Positions 13,999-22,511 of a stretch of 26,953 nt of DNA are shown one piece after another (the first letter of the stretch is position 1; each line of letters begins with the position of its first letter). Origin of the DNA: Chthoniobacteraceae bacterium (lineage in GTDB: Bacteria; Verrucomicrobiota; Verrucomicrobiia; Chthoniobacterales; Chthoniobacteraceae). The position numbers and the translations under genes are program-made. The stretch spans positions 1 to 26,953 of the forward strand of contig JBBCKI010000006.1 of NCBI GenBank assembly GCA_037190965.1, written 5' to 3'. The notes under the pieces are model-generated. The model was given only the letters and a program-made list of their open reading frames with translations. It did no database searches and was not told the DNA's origin.

Positions 13999-15510
13999 TT
14001 AGGCCTGGGTGTAGTCGTCGCGGATGGCGGCGGCCAGCCCCTCGATATCGTGCCGTTTCGCCTCGATATCGATGCGAAGCCCCAGCTCGCGCATCGTTTT
14101 GGAGGTCACCGGCCCGATGCTCGCGGTCCGCAGGCCTTCCGGCAGCGGCAGGTTGAGCGCCATGAAATTTTCGACCGTCGAGGAGCTGGTGAACGTGATG
14201 AGGTTGGCCCCCTCCTCGCGAAAGCGGGCGGCTCCGGCGGTATCCGTTTCCGGCACCGTCCGGTATGCGATGGCTTCATCGACAATCGCGCCCATTTTGG
14301 TCAGTTCCTTGGAAAGCAGATCGCGCGCCGTTTCGGGGCGAATGATCAGAATCTTCAGATTTTCCACGGAGCCGTCTTTGACAAAGGCCTTGAGCAGTCC
14401 TTCCGCCACCGCCTGCTCGGGTTGCAGATCGACGTGGAGATGGAATTCTTTGATCCGCGCCGCCGTGGCCGCGCCGACGGCGGCGATGCGGCACCCGCCG
14501 ATCTCGCGGGCATCGTCATAGATCCGGTAGAAGAGGTCAAAAAAGGCGTCGACCCCGTTCGGGCTTGTGAAGACCACCCAGTCATAGGTGTGCGCGTCCC
14601 TGACGAGTTGGCCGAATTCCAGAAGCTCGGTGGGCGGTTCGATCCTGATGGTCGGCAGCTCGTAGACATCTGCCCCCAGCGCACGCAGTTGCTCCGAGAG
14701 CGCCCCTGCCTGATGGCGGGTCCGCGTGACAACGACCCGTTTTCCAAAGAGCGGCTTGTTCTCGAACCAGTTCAACTTCTCCCCCAACGCCGCGACGCTG
14801 CCAAAAACCGCCACGGCAGGCGCGGAAAAGCCGGTTTCCTTCACCTTTTTTGCGATATCGGCGAGGCTGCCCCGCAGCGTCTTTTGGCGGCCGGTGGTTC
14901 CCCATTGAACCAGCGCCACCGGAACGGTGGGCGCGGCTCCTTCTTCAAGGAGGCGGGCGGCGATGGCTTCGAGGCGTTCGACCCCCATCAGCATCACTTT
15001 GGTACCGGGTTGCCGGGCAAGGGCGGCATAGTCTATATCGTCCTTTTCGCCTGCTTGTTCGTGACCGGTGAAAATCGTCACCTGCGAGTTGTGTTCGCGG
15101 TGGGTAATCGGGATTCCGGCATAAGCCGGGGCCGCCAGGGCGGAGGAAACCCCCGGGATGACCTCGAAGCGCAGCCCCGCCTTTGCAAGGGCCTCGGCCT
15201 CTTCGCCACCGCGCCCGAAGAGGAACGGGTCGCCCCCTTTGAGGCGAACCACGCGTTTGCCGGCTTTGGTCTTCTTTACCAGAAGGTCGTTGATCTCATC
15301 TTGGGAGAGAGTATGCGCGCCCGCCTTCTTCCCTGCATAAACGACCTCGGCCTCCTTGGGAGCCCAGGTCAGCATTTCGGGGTTGCAGAGATAGTCGTAG
15401 ACGATGACCTCGGCGGCTTCGATCACCTGCCGGGCCTTGAGCGTCACGAGGCCAAGATCTCCCGGGCCTGCGCCCGTGAGGTAACAAATTCCACTCTGAT
15501 GTTTTGCCAT
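13999..15510 (-). CDS. cobA: Uroporphyrinogen-III C-methyltransferase / uroporphyrinogen-III synthase fusion (CobA-HemD)
   Basis: YLTGAGPGD, VVRLKGGDPFLFGRGGEE and IPGVSS, then the HemD half PLFGKRVVVTR, VFTSPNGV, FTSSSTV and SIGPVT. Start taken at ATG 15510 because the track's longer start runs into a repeat. Confidence 0.95.
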   Translation of the reverse strand: MAKHQSGICYLTGAGPGDLGLVTLKARQVIEAAEVIVYDYLCNPEMLTWAPKEAEVVYAGKKAGAHTLSQDEINDLLVKKTKAGKRVVRLKGGDPFLFGRGGEEAEALAKAGLRFEVIPGVSSALAAPAYAGIPITHREHNSQVTIFTGHEQAGEKDDIDYAALARQPGTKVMLMGVERLEAIAARLLEEGAAPTVPVALVQWGTTGRQKTLRGSLADIAKKVKETGFSAPAVAVFGSVAALGEKLNWFENKPLFGKRVVVTRTRHQAGALSEQLRALGADVYELPTIRIEPPTELLEFGQLVRDAHTYDWVVFTSPNGVDAFFDLFYRIYDDAREIGGCRIAAVGAATAARIKEFHLHVDLQPEQAVAEGLLKAFVKDGSVENLKILIIRPETARDLLSKELTKMGAIVDEAIAYRTVPETDTAGAARFREEGANLITFTSSSTVENFMALNLPLPEGLRTASIGPVTSKTMRELGLRIDIEAKRHDIEGLAAAIRDDYTQA

Positions 15511-15545
15511 AAAAAGTCGGTTTCCAACGAAGGGGGAGGGGCTTA

Positions 15546-15717
15546 CTCGTTCCCAATCTCCAGATTGGGAATGCTTCTGTCTGCGAATCTCTGATTCGTA
15601 CGCTCCCGAGCCTGCCAAAAACGGTTCTCCCTGCGGCTCAGGCCCTTATCGCGACGGAGGAGGGCGAAACTGGAGTTTCGAAGACATCGGCATTCCCAAA
15701 CGGAGTTTGGGAACGAG
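15546..15717. repeat. REPIN/MITE-like element, family A, copy 3 (complete, unrelated spacer)
   Basis: CTCGTTCCCAATCTCCAGATTGGGAATG...CGAATCTCTGATTCG-[spacer]-CGAAACTGGAGTTTCG...CATTCCCAAACGGAGTTTGGGAACGAG, with inverted termini CTCGTTCCCAA / TTGGGAACGAG. Confidence 0.92.
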
Positions 15718-15826
15718 GTAAACAAGGCCTCGAGAGCGCCGAATATGGGAGTCTGCAGGTTCACGGGATAAAAAAGAGGGGGATTTAATCACTCCCGCCC
15801 ATCGCGGGCAATGAAATCGGAGCCGG

Positions 15827-16759
15827 TCAACGGGCTTCCAGCGCTTTAAACGCGACGGCGGCAAGCGCCTCCGGCTCTGCGGCCGCGCCTTCCGCGCTTG
15901 CCTCGCGAGGCGGTTCGTCTTCTGCCCCGAAGAGCACGATTTTCATTCGCATCGAGCCGCCGGTCTGCGTGGTCGAAACTCCCACGGGAAGGTTGCAATC
16001 CCCCTGCAACAGCCGCATCAGTTCGCGTTCGGCGCGGACGGCCAGCCAGGTCGGCTGGTCGTTGACCGCCTCGGCGGCTTGCCGCGCGAAATCGTTGCCG
16101 TTGCGCGTCTGAAGGGCAATCGCTCCCTGGCCGATGGCCGGGAGGAAGTCGAGAATCTCCGTGTAAAAAGTTCCCTCTTCGAACTCAATTCGCCCTTCAT
16201 CCACGCGGAAGCCGAGCCGTTCCAGCCCGGCTCGCGCCAGAATGGTACCCTCCAGGGTGGCCGAAGCGCGCAGCTTTCGCAGGCGAGTCTGCACATTGCC
16301 CCGGATCTCCTCCACCCCCAGGTCGGGCCGTCTCCAAAGCAACTGCCGGGCGCGGCGCACGCTGCTGGTGCCGACCCGAGCTCCGGGGGACAAGGCGGCG
16401 AGAGTCGGGCTGTGCTTGGCAATCAAGACGTCTTCGGTGTGGCCTCGCTCCAACACGGCGGCGAGCGTCAATCCGGGAAGCATCTCGCCCGGCATATCCT
16501 TGCAGCTATGCACCGCGATATCGATCTCCCCGGAGAGCAGCGCCTCCTCCAGTTCCTTGGTAAAAAGCCCCTTTGCCCCGGCGGGTGTTTTTTTGATCAG
16601 GCTGAGGTCGAGCTTCTGGTCGCCGGAGGTGGTGATCTTGCGGATCACGATCTCCACGCCGGGAAACGCACGGGTCAGTGCGGCGGCGGCAAGTTCGGTC
16701 TGAGCCAGCGCCAAACCGCTGCCGCGTGTACCCAGGACAAGGGAACGGGAAGGGATCAT
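15827..16759 (-). CDS. hemC: Hydroxymethylbilane synthase (porphobilinogen deaminase)
   Basis: GTRGSGLALAQ, KGLFTKELE, AVHSCKDMP, GTSSVRR, IRGNVQTRL and the cofactor Cys in GDCNLPVG. Confidence 0.97.
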   Translation of the reverse strand: MIPSRSLVLGTRGSGLALAQTELAAAALTRAFPGVEIVIRKITTSGDQKLDLSLIKKTPAGAKGLFTKELEEALLSGEIDIAVHSCKDMPGEMLPGLTLAAVLERGHTEDVLIAKHSPTLAALSPGARVGTSSVRRARQLLWRRPDLGVEEIRGNVQTRLRKLRASATLEGTILARAGLERLGFRVDEGRIEFEEGTFYTEILDFLPAIGQGAIALQTRNGNDFARQAAEAVNDQPTWLAVRAERELMRLLQGDCNLPVGVSTTQTGGSMRMKIVLFGAEDEPPREASAEGAAAEPEALAAVAFKALEAR

Positions 16760-17880
16760 GCGATCTTATGAATAGCGGGAATACCGCTCCCAAGCCAATG
16801 GGCGAATTCGCCGACGTGCCGCGCAATCAACGGCTCGCACAACGCGATCTCCCGTCGCCGTGTCTCCAGCCCCTCGCGGGCGATGGCTTGCAGCGAGTCG
16901 ATGTCGTAAAGATGCACGTTTTCCAACTCGCTGACCGACGACTCCACGTCGCGAGGGACTGCGAGGTCGATGATGAAAAGCGGGCGCGTCGGACGATCCG
17001 CCATCGCCGGTGCAAGTTTGGCGCGGGTGACGACGGCGTGAGGCGCGGAGGTGGATGAGATCAGAATGTCGATTTCATGAAACCGGCGATCCCACTCGTC
17101 AAAATGGATCGCCGTGCCACCCATTTCGGTGGCCAGCGCGGCGGCCCGATCGAAGGAGCGATTGGAGACAATGACGCTGCTGACCCCACGTGAGCGGAGG
17201 GCGCGCGCGGTCAGTTCGCTGGTTTCCCCCGCGCCGAGGATCATGACGCGGCATCCGTCGAGCTTGCCGAGAATTTTCTCCGCGAGATCGACCGCCGCCG
17301 AGCCGACCGAGACGGCCCCCCGGGCGATGCCCGTTGTCGAACGGAGTTCCTTGGCGACATGAAAGGTGCGCTGGAAAAGTTTGTTGAGGTTGCGGGCCGT
17401 GGCGTGGGCGGCGGTGGCGGCGGCGTAGGCCTTTTTGAGTTGGCCGAGAATTTCGGTCTCGCCGATCACCATGGAGTCAAGCCCACTGGCGACACGGAAG
17501 AGGTGGTCCACCGCCGCCGCGCCGTCGAGCTGGTAAAACGGGCTTTTCTCCGAGGGGAACCCGGTGAAATTCCCCGGGTGCTTTTCAAGATCGGCTCGAA
17601 GACGTTCCTGCAAGAGACAATGGATGGCGGCGGCGGCCTGTCGGGGATCGGGGGTCGCCGTGTAGAACTCCACCCGGTTGCAGGTGGAAACAATGACCGC
17701 TTCGGTGATTGCGGGGGCTTTTTGTAAACGGCTCGTCACCTCGGCCACCTCAGCGTCGCGCACGGCAAAGCGCTCGCGCACCTCCACGCTGGCCGTCCGG
17801 TGGCTCACCCCCAGGCACAACACGTTGGCCGCCGGGATCAGCGGCGGAAACGGGTCGTCAGGGTTGGAAGCGCGGTTCAT
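16756..17880 (-). CDS. hemA: Glutamyl-tRNA reductase (short form)
   Basis: STCNRVE, HLFRVASGLDSMVIGETEILGQ, ILGAGE and IDLAVPRDVE. ATGA overlap with hemC. Confidence 0.95.
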   Translation of the reverse strand: MNRASNPDDPFPPLIPAANVLCLGVSHRTASVEVRERFAVRDAEVAEVTSRLQKAPAITEAVIVSTCNRVEFYTATPDPRQAAAAIHCLLQERLRADLEKHPGNFTGFPSEKSPFYQLDGAAAVDHLFRVASGLDSMVIGETEILGQLKKAYAAATAAHATARNLNKLFQRTFHVAKELRSTTGIARGAVSVGSAAVDLAEKILGKLDGCRVMILGAGETSELTARALRSRGVSSVIVSNRSFDRAAALATEMGGTAIHFDEWDRRFHEIDILISSTSAPHAVVTRAKLAPAMADRPTRPLFIIDLAVPRDVESSVSELENVHLYDIDSLQAIAREGLETRRREIALCEPLIARHVGEFAHWLGSGIPAIHKIA

Positions 17881-17922
17881 GGATTGGGCTTCGCCTGGCT
17901 CTTAGGCCTGGAAAATGAGCCC

Positions 17923-17951
17923 AAACTACGGGAGGGTTGCCGCCTTTGCAA
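17923..17951 (-). promoter_or_regulatory. Putative sigma70-type promoter of the hem operon
   Basis: Minus strand TTGCAA-17 nt-TAGTTT about 42 nt upstream of the hemA ATG. Confidence 0.5.
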
Positions 17952-18013
17952 CCGGCGGTTGTTGGCCTGCTTGTACTTAGCCTAAAAGCGGCCATGGATT
18001 GGAGCGATCGCGA

Positions 18014-18160
18014 GGTAGACCGCTCGCGCCGTCGAGCGCGGGATGGGTGAAGAGTCGAGTATGACGCCCATCCCCGCAGGCCGGGCTGCTGGGATTGGGA
18101 TGCGGATCTCATGAAGTCACGGGGGCTGATACCCTCGCTCGACGGCGCGAGCGTGCTACC
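18014..18160. repeat. GTAG-type REP doublet (REPIN), family B
   Basis: GGTAGACCGCTCGCGCCGTCGAGCG (18014-18038) and the inverted copy CGCTCGACGGCGCGAGCGTGCTACC (18136-18160), 23/25 identical. Each arm is an imperfect palindrome next to GTAG. Confidence 0.85.
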
Positions 18161-18205
18161 GGTGCTGCCGCACCGCTTCCCTATCGAGCGATTTCCGAGC
18201 CCGGC

Positions 18206-19327
18206 TCAGGAGGCCTGAGGGGCGTAGCCGATTTTCTCCAGCAGCCTATCCACGTTGACATACTGCTCCACGATGGACTGAATTCGCGTGATCTTTTCGT
18301 GATCGCCGGGCTGGGTTTTCACCGTCATCGAATGGATCGTGCTGGCCACCGAATAGCTGTCCATTGTGCTGGCGATCACGGGCAGGGACGATTGGGCGAT
18401 CAAATCCAGCACGGTCGGGTGCGGCAGCAGATCGCCCGAGAGCACGAGCCCCGTGATCATCTTGTCCTGAAGCTCCGGGGCCGTCGTCGTCGAAAGCGCG
18501 GCGAGGATGATGTCTTCGCGGTCTCCCGGCGTGATGACGAGCGTGCCGGGGCTGAAATGCTCCATCACGTTCCGGGCGCTCATCGCCCCGACAATAATGC
18601 GGCCTACCCGGCGGCGTGATTCCGCCCGGGAGTTGAGAAAACGCCCGCGCACCTGCTTACAGATCTGGTTGAGCGTGTTGCTGGAGAGAAGCGGCTCGGC
18701 GGGGATCGCCCCGAGAAGCTCCAGCCCGAGACGGCTCAAACCGCGTTCCGCGAAGTCGCGCACCAGATCGTACTTCTCCGGGAGGACCTTGTTGATGATG
18801 ACGCCCACCACTTCCACCCCTTCTTTTTCAAAGAGGGCCTGGTTGAGGGCGACTTCATCAATCGGCCTGCCGATGCCGCCCTTGGTGACGATGATCACTT
18901 TGCTGGAAAGAAGATGCGCCACGCGGGCGTTGGAGAGATCGAACACCGAGCCGACCCCGGCATGTCCCGTCCCTTCGATGAGGCAGAAGTCTTTCTCCCA
19001 CGAAGCGCGGTCGAACGAATTTTGCAGTCGCCGAACCAGAAAATCGTTGTTGGCGTTGTCGATATAGCGGCGCGTGAAGTCGGGCTCCACGGCGATGGGG
19101 CTCATGTCCTCGATCGGCGTCTGGACCCCGAACGTCTGGTCCATAAGCAGCGAATCTTCGTCGATCCGTTTTCCATCAATCTCCTCGAACCGCTGGCCGA
19201 CCGGCTTGATGAAGCCGATCCGCCCCAGACGTTTTTTCAGAACGGAGAAAAGGCCGAGCGCTGTCGTCGTTTTCCCGTCGTTCTGTTGCGTTGCCGCGAT
19301 GAAGACTCGAGGCGTGATGGTATTCAC
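18206..19327 (-). CDS. BioD-like P-loop + DRTGG domain protein (stand-alone Pta N-terminal region)
   Basis: VFIAATQQNDGKTT, GFIKPVG, LIEGTGH, SNARVA and ITPGDREDII. GTG start 1 nt after the pta stop. Confidence 0.9.
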   Translation of the reverse strand: MNTITPRVFIAATQQNDGKTTTALGLFSVLKKRLGRIGFIKPVGQRFEEIDGKRIDEDSLLMDQTFGVQTPIEDMSPIAVEPDFTRRYIDNANNDFLVRRLQNSFDRASWEKDFCLIEGTGHAGVGSVFDLSNARVAHLLSSKVIIVTKGGIGRPIDEVALNQALFEKEGVEVVGVIINKVLPEKYDLVRDFAERGLSRLGLELLGAIPAEPLLSSNTLNQICKQVRGRFLNSRAESRRRVGRIIVGAMSARNVMEHFSPGTLVITPGDREDIILAALSTTTAPELQDKMITGLVLSGDLLPHPTVLDLIAQSSLPVIASTMDSYSVASTIHSMTVKTQPGDHEKITRIQSIVEQYVNVDRLLEKIGYAPQAS

Positions 19328-19328
19328 G

Positions 19329-20384
19329 TTATACTTCTGCTTCGTCCTGTTCCCCGTTCACCGGGTAAAGTTTGCGATATTCAATGGCCTGAAGGCCGAC
19401 GATGGCTGCGGCCCCCACGATGGTCTCCACGGTGGCCCCGCGCGAAAGATCGGCGCATGGCTTCGAGAGACCGAGGAGAATCTGTCCGTAAGTCTCCGCT
19501 CCCGCAAGGTGTTCCACCAGTTTGACCGCAATATTGCCGGAATTGAGGTCGGGGAAAATCAGCACATTGGCCCGGCCTGCCACAAGGCTGCCCGGCGCTT
19601 TCAAAGCGGCCAGCTCCGGCAGAAGCGCCGTGTCGGCCTGGAGTTCGCCGTCGATCTCCATCTCCATTTCCGCGCCCTCGGCCTCCTTTTTGGCCTGGGC
19701 GGCGGCGGCGGCGGTTTTCTCCGCGGCGGGATGGCGCGAGCTCCCCTTGGAGGAAAAGCTCAGGAACGCCACGCGCGGACGTTCGCCGGTCAACTGCGCG
19801 CAGAGGCGGCCCGCCTGCACGCCGATCTGGCCCAACTGGCTCACCGTCGGTTCCGGGATAACCGCGCAATCCGCAAAGAAAAGCACGCCGTTCTCGCCGA
19901 AGCGGTTGTTTTCCAGCGCCATCAACATGCAGCTGGAGATAAAGGAGACATCCGGCAATGGCTTGACGAGTTGGAACAACGGGCGCAGGAGCGATCCCGC
20001 GTAGCCGCTCACGCCGCCGACCAGCGCATCGGCTTGGCCGTGCTGGATCATCATTGCCGCAAAGTAATTTGGGTTGTGGAGGAAGCTTTCAGCCTCGCCC
20101 GGCCCGAGGTTCCGGTAGCGTTGCAGCTTCTGGAGCCACCGGCTGAAGAGGGGGAGGTCGCTTGCTTCGGCGGGGTCGATGATGCCGATGCGGGAAAGGC
20201 TCACTTTTTCGCGTTCCGCGAGGCTGGTAATTGCGTCCCGGTTGCCCAGCAGGATCGGCGCGCCGAGCTTGAGTTTCACGAACTCCGCGGCGGCGTGGAG
20301 AACACGAGGCTCGGTCCCTTCGGGAAATACGATGCGCTTGGGGTGGCGCTGGAGTTTCTCGTAAACCGTCTCGATGAATTTCAT
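19329..20384 (-). CDS. pta: Phosphate acetyltransferase family protein (PTA_PTB)
   Basis: KRIVFPEG, FADCAVIPEP, RVAFLSFSSKGS, IDGELQAD, ANVLIFPDLNSGNI and DLSRG. ATG at 20384. Confidence 0.88.
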   Translation of the reverse strand: MKFIETVYEKLQRHPKRIVFPEGTEPRVLHAAAEFVKLKLGAPILLGNRDAITSLAEREKVSLSRIGIIDPAEASDLPLFSRWLQKLQRYRNLGPGEAESFLHNPNYFAAMMIQHGQADALVGGVSGYAGSLLRPLFQLVKPLPDVSFISSCMLMALENNRFGENGVLFFADCAVIPEPTVSQLGQIGVQAGRLCAQLTGERPRVAFLSFSSKGSSRHPAAEKTAAAAAQAKKEAEGAEMEMEIDGELQADTALLPELAALKAPGSLVAGRANVLIFPDLNSGNIAVKLVEHLAGAETYGQILLGLSKPCADLSRGATVETIVGAAAIVGLQAIEYRKLYPVNGEQDEAEV

Positions 20385-20508
20385 CGCCGCCGAGTATGCC
20401 CAAGAGGCGATTGACGGCAATCTTTTCCGACTCTTTGAAGGTGAAAACCGGGCGACCCAAGTTTAGACCTGCATTCGCGGAGCTTTCGGCGTATCAACGG
20501 GTTGCGCC

Positions 20509-21312
20509 ATGAACATGCTCACCGATTATCACACGCACACTCCTCTTTGCCGCCATGCCGAGGGGTGGCCCGTCGATTATGCGCGCGCGGCGGTGGAGCG
20601 GGGGTTGGCCGAGTTGGGCATCTCCGATCACAGCCCGATGCCGGAAGCCTTTGACGACTGGCGCATGGAGCTCGGGGAACTGCCGCGGTATTTCGACGCT
20701 GTCGCCGAGGCGCGCGAGGCATTCCCACAACTCCCGATCCGCCTGGGCCTGGAGGTCGATTACCTCCCGGGGCACGAAGGCTGGATCGAGCAGCTCGCGG
20801 GCATGGCCGACTGGGATTACCTGATCGGCAGCGTCCACTACATCGCCCCCGGCTGGGACGTGGATAACCCGAAGTTCATTTCGAGATTTGAAGATCGGCC
20901 CGTGGCGGAGATCTGGGGGCTTTACTGGGAGTCCTACGAAAAATGCATTCGAACCGGGTTGTTCGATTTTGTGGCGCACCCGGATCTCCCCAAAAAATTC
21001 GGGCACCGCCCCCCCGGCGATCTTTGCCCGTTCTACGAGCCCGTCATTGCCGCCCTCGCGGAGACCGGCACCGCCTTTGAGATCAACACCGCCGGGTTGC
21101 GCAAACCGGTGTGCGAATGTTATCCGAGCCTGGAGTTTCTGAAACTCGCGAAGGAGGCCGGGGTGCCGTTGTGCATCAACTCCGACGCCCACGCTCCTCA
21201 AGAAGTCGGCGCGGGTTTCGATGCCGGCGTCGCTCTTGCCCTGAAGGCCGGGTATACAGAGGTGCTGCGGTTCGCCAAGCGAAAGAGGCGGGCGGTAAAG
21301 CTGGAGGTCTGA
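20509..21312 (+). CDS. Histidinol-phosphatase, HisJ/HisK PHP family
   Basis: DYHTHTPLCRHA, ISDH, GLEVDY, DYLIGSVH, AHPDL, EINTAG and NSDAH. Confidence 0.92.
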   Translation: MNMLTDYHTHTPLCRHAEGWPVDYARAAVERGLAELGISDHSPMPEAFDDWRMELGELPRYFDAVAEAREAFPQLPIRLGLEVDYLPGHEGWIEQLAGMADWDYLIGSVHYIAPGWDVDNPKFISRFEDRPVAEIWGLYWESYEKCIRTGLFDFVAHPDLPKKFGHRPPGDLCPFYEPVIAALAETGTAFEINTAGLRKPVCECYPSLEFLKLAKEAGVPLCINSDAHAPQEVGAGFDAGVALALKAGYTEVLRFAKRKRRAVKLEV

Positions 21313-21338
21313 CAGGGCCGAAACGATCGAAACGGCTG

Positions 21339-21428
21339 AAGGATTTCGCGCCAGGGACGCAAAGGACGCCAAGTTTTTGAACTTGCTGCCCTTTGTGAGC
21401 TTTGCGCCCTTGGCGCGAGAAATTCCTT
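21339..21428. repeat. Long imperfect inverted repeat, REP-like family C
   Basis: AAGGATTTCGCGCCAGGGACGCAAAG ... CTTTGCGCCCTTGGCGCGAGAAATTCCTT, built from degenerate CGC(A/C)AAG sub-repeats. Confidence 0.75.
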
Positions 21429-21481
21429 AACGAATTTCAAATCAAGTCTTTCCTCCGCCCGCCGCACGATTCGGTTGGGCG

Positions 21482-22507
21482 ATGAAGATGCATGCGATGG
21501 TCCTCGATCGGCCTGGGGAGCCTTTGCAGGAACGATTCGTCGAGCGGCCAACGCCGGGCGAAGGGGAGATTCTCGTTCGTGTCCTGGCTTGCGCGGTGTG
21601 CCGGACCGATTTGCACGTGGTCGATGGGGAATTGCCTGATCCCCGGCTGCCGCTGATCCCCGGGCATGAAATCGTCGGAACGGTGATCGAGAAAAGCAAG
21701 GAGGTGAAGAACTTTGCCATCGGCCAGCGCGTCGGAATTCCCTGGCTGGCAGAAACCTGCGGGGTCTGCCGTTATTGCCGCGAGGGACGGGAGAATCTTT
21801 GCGACCGCGCCCGCTTTACTGGATATACCCGCGATGGCGGTTACGCGGAGTTTGCGGTAGCTCGCGCCGATTTTTGTTTTGCCTTGCCGGAGGATTACAC
21901 CGGCGTGGAGGCGGCTCCGCTCCTGTGTGCGGGCCTCATCGGCTACCGGGCGCTTTGCAAGACGGGGGATGCCCAGCGGGTCGGCCTTTATGGCTTCGGC
22001 GCGGCGGCTCATCTGGTGGCGCAGGTGGCCCGGTTTCAAGGGAAGGAGGTCTTCGCGTTCACTCGCCCCGGCGACGAGGCGGGGCAGGCCGGCGCGCGGC
22101 GGCTTGGCGCGGCATGGGCGGGGGGATCGGACGAAACCCCGCCGAAACCGCTCGACGCGGCGATCATCTTCGCGCCGGTCGGAAGCCTCGTCCCACAAGC
22201 ACTGCGGGAAGTTCGCAAAGGAGGTATCGTGGTCTGCGCGGGCATCCACATGAGCGAGATTCCCGCGTTTCCCTACGCTATCCTTTGGGGCGAGCGGACG
22301 TTGTGTTCGGTGGCAAACCTGACGCGGCAGGATGGCGAGGAATTCCTGCACCTTGCGCCCCGGGCGGGGATTCGCGCGGAGGTGGACCTCTTCCCAATGC
22401 GCCGGGCCAACGAGGCGCTGGAGTCTATGCGGAAAGGGAAGCTTCGAGGCAGCACGGCGGTGCTGGTGCCGGACTGGGTGGATCCTTCGGAGCCCATGGA
22501 GCCCTGA
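21482..22507 (+). CDS. Zinc-dependent alcohol dehydrogenase family protein (MDR)
   Basis: CAVCRTDLH, PGHE, structural-Zn motif CGVCRYC...ENLC, APLLCAG and GLYGFGAAAH. Confidence 0.95.
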   Translation: MKMHAMVLDRPGEPLQERFVERPTPGEGEILVRVLACAVCRTDLHVVDGELPDPRLPLIPGHEIVGTVIEKSKEVKNFAIGQRVGIPWLAETCGVCRYCREGRENLCDRARFTGYTRDGGYAEFAVARADFCFALPEDYTGVEAAPLLCAGLIGYRALCKTGDAQRVGLYGFGAAAHLVAQVARFQGKEVFAFTRPGDEAGQAGARRLGAAWAGGSDETPPKPLDAAIIFAPVGSLVPQALREVRKGGIVVCAGIHMSEIPAFPYAILWGERTLCSVANLTRQDGEEFLHLAPRAGIRAEVDLFPMRRANEALESMRKGKLRGSTAVLVPDWVDPSEPMEP

Positions 22508-22511
22508 ACTT

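Noticed and set aside
12350..15594. Long plus-strand ORFs 12350..13837 and 14050..15594 (likewise 19074..20414, 23525..24436, 7244..8119)
   Set aside because: Antisense shadows of well-supported genes, which are common in GC-rich DNA. They have no recognisable motifs.
15511..15618. N-terminal extension of CobA/HemD in the ORF track
   Set aside because: It runs through the repeat element. Homology begins at MAKHQSGICYLTGAGPGD (ATG 15510).
17881..18205. Cobalamin or other riboswitch upstream of the tetrapyrrole genes
   Set aside because: No B12-box or other riboswitch consensus recognised. The structure is explained by the GTAG REPIN and a promoter. An Rfam scan would be definitive.
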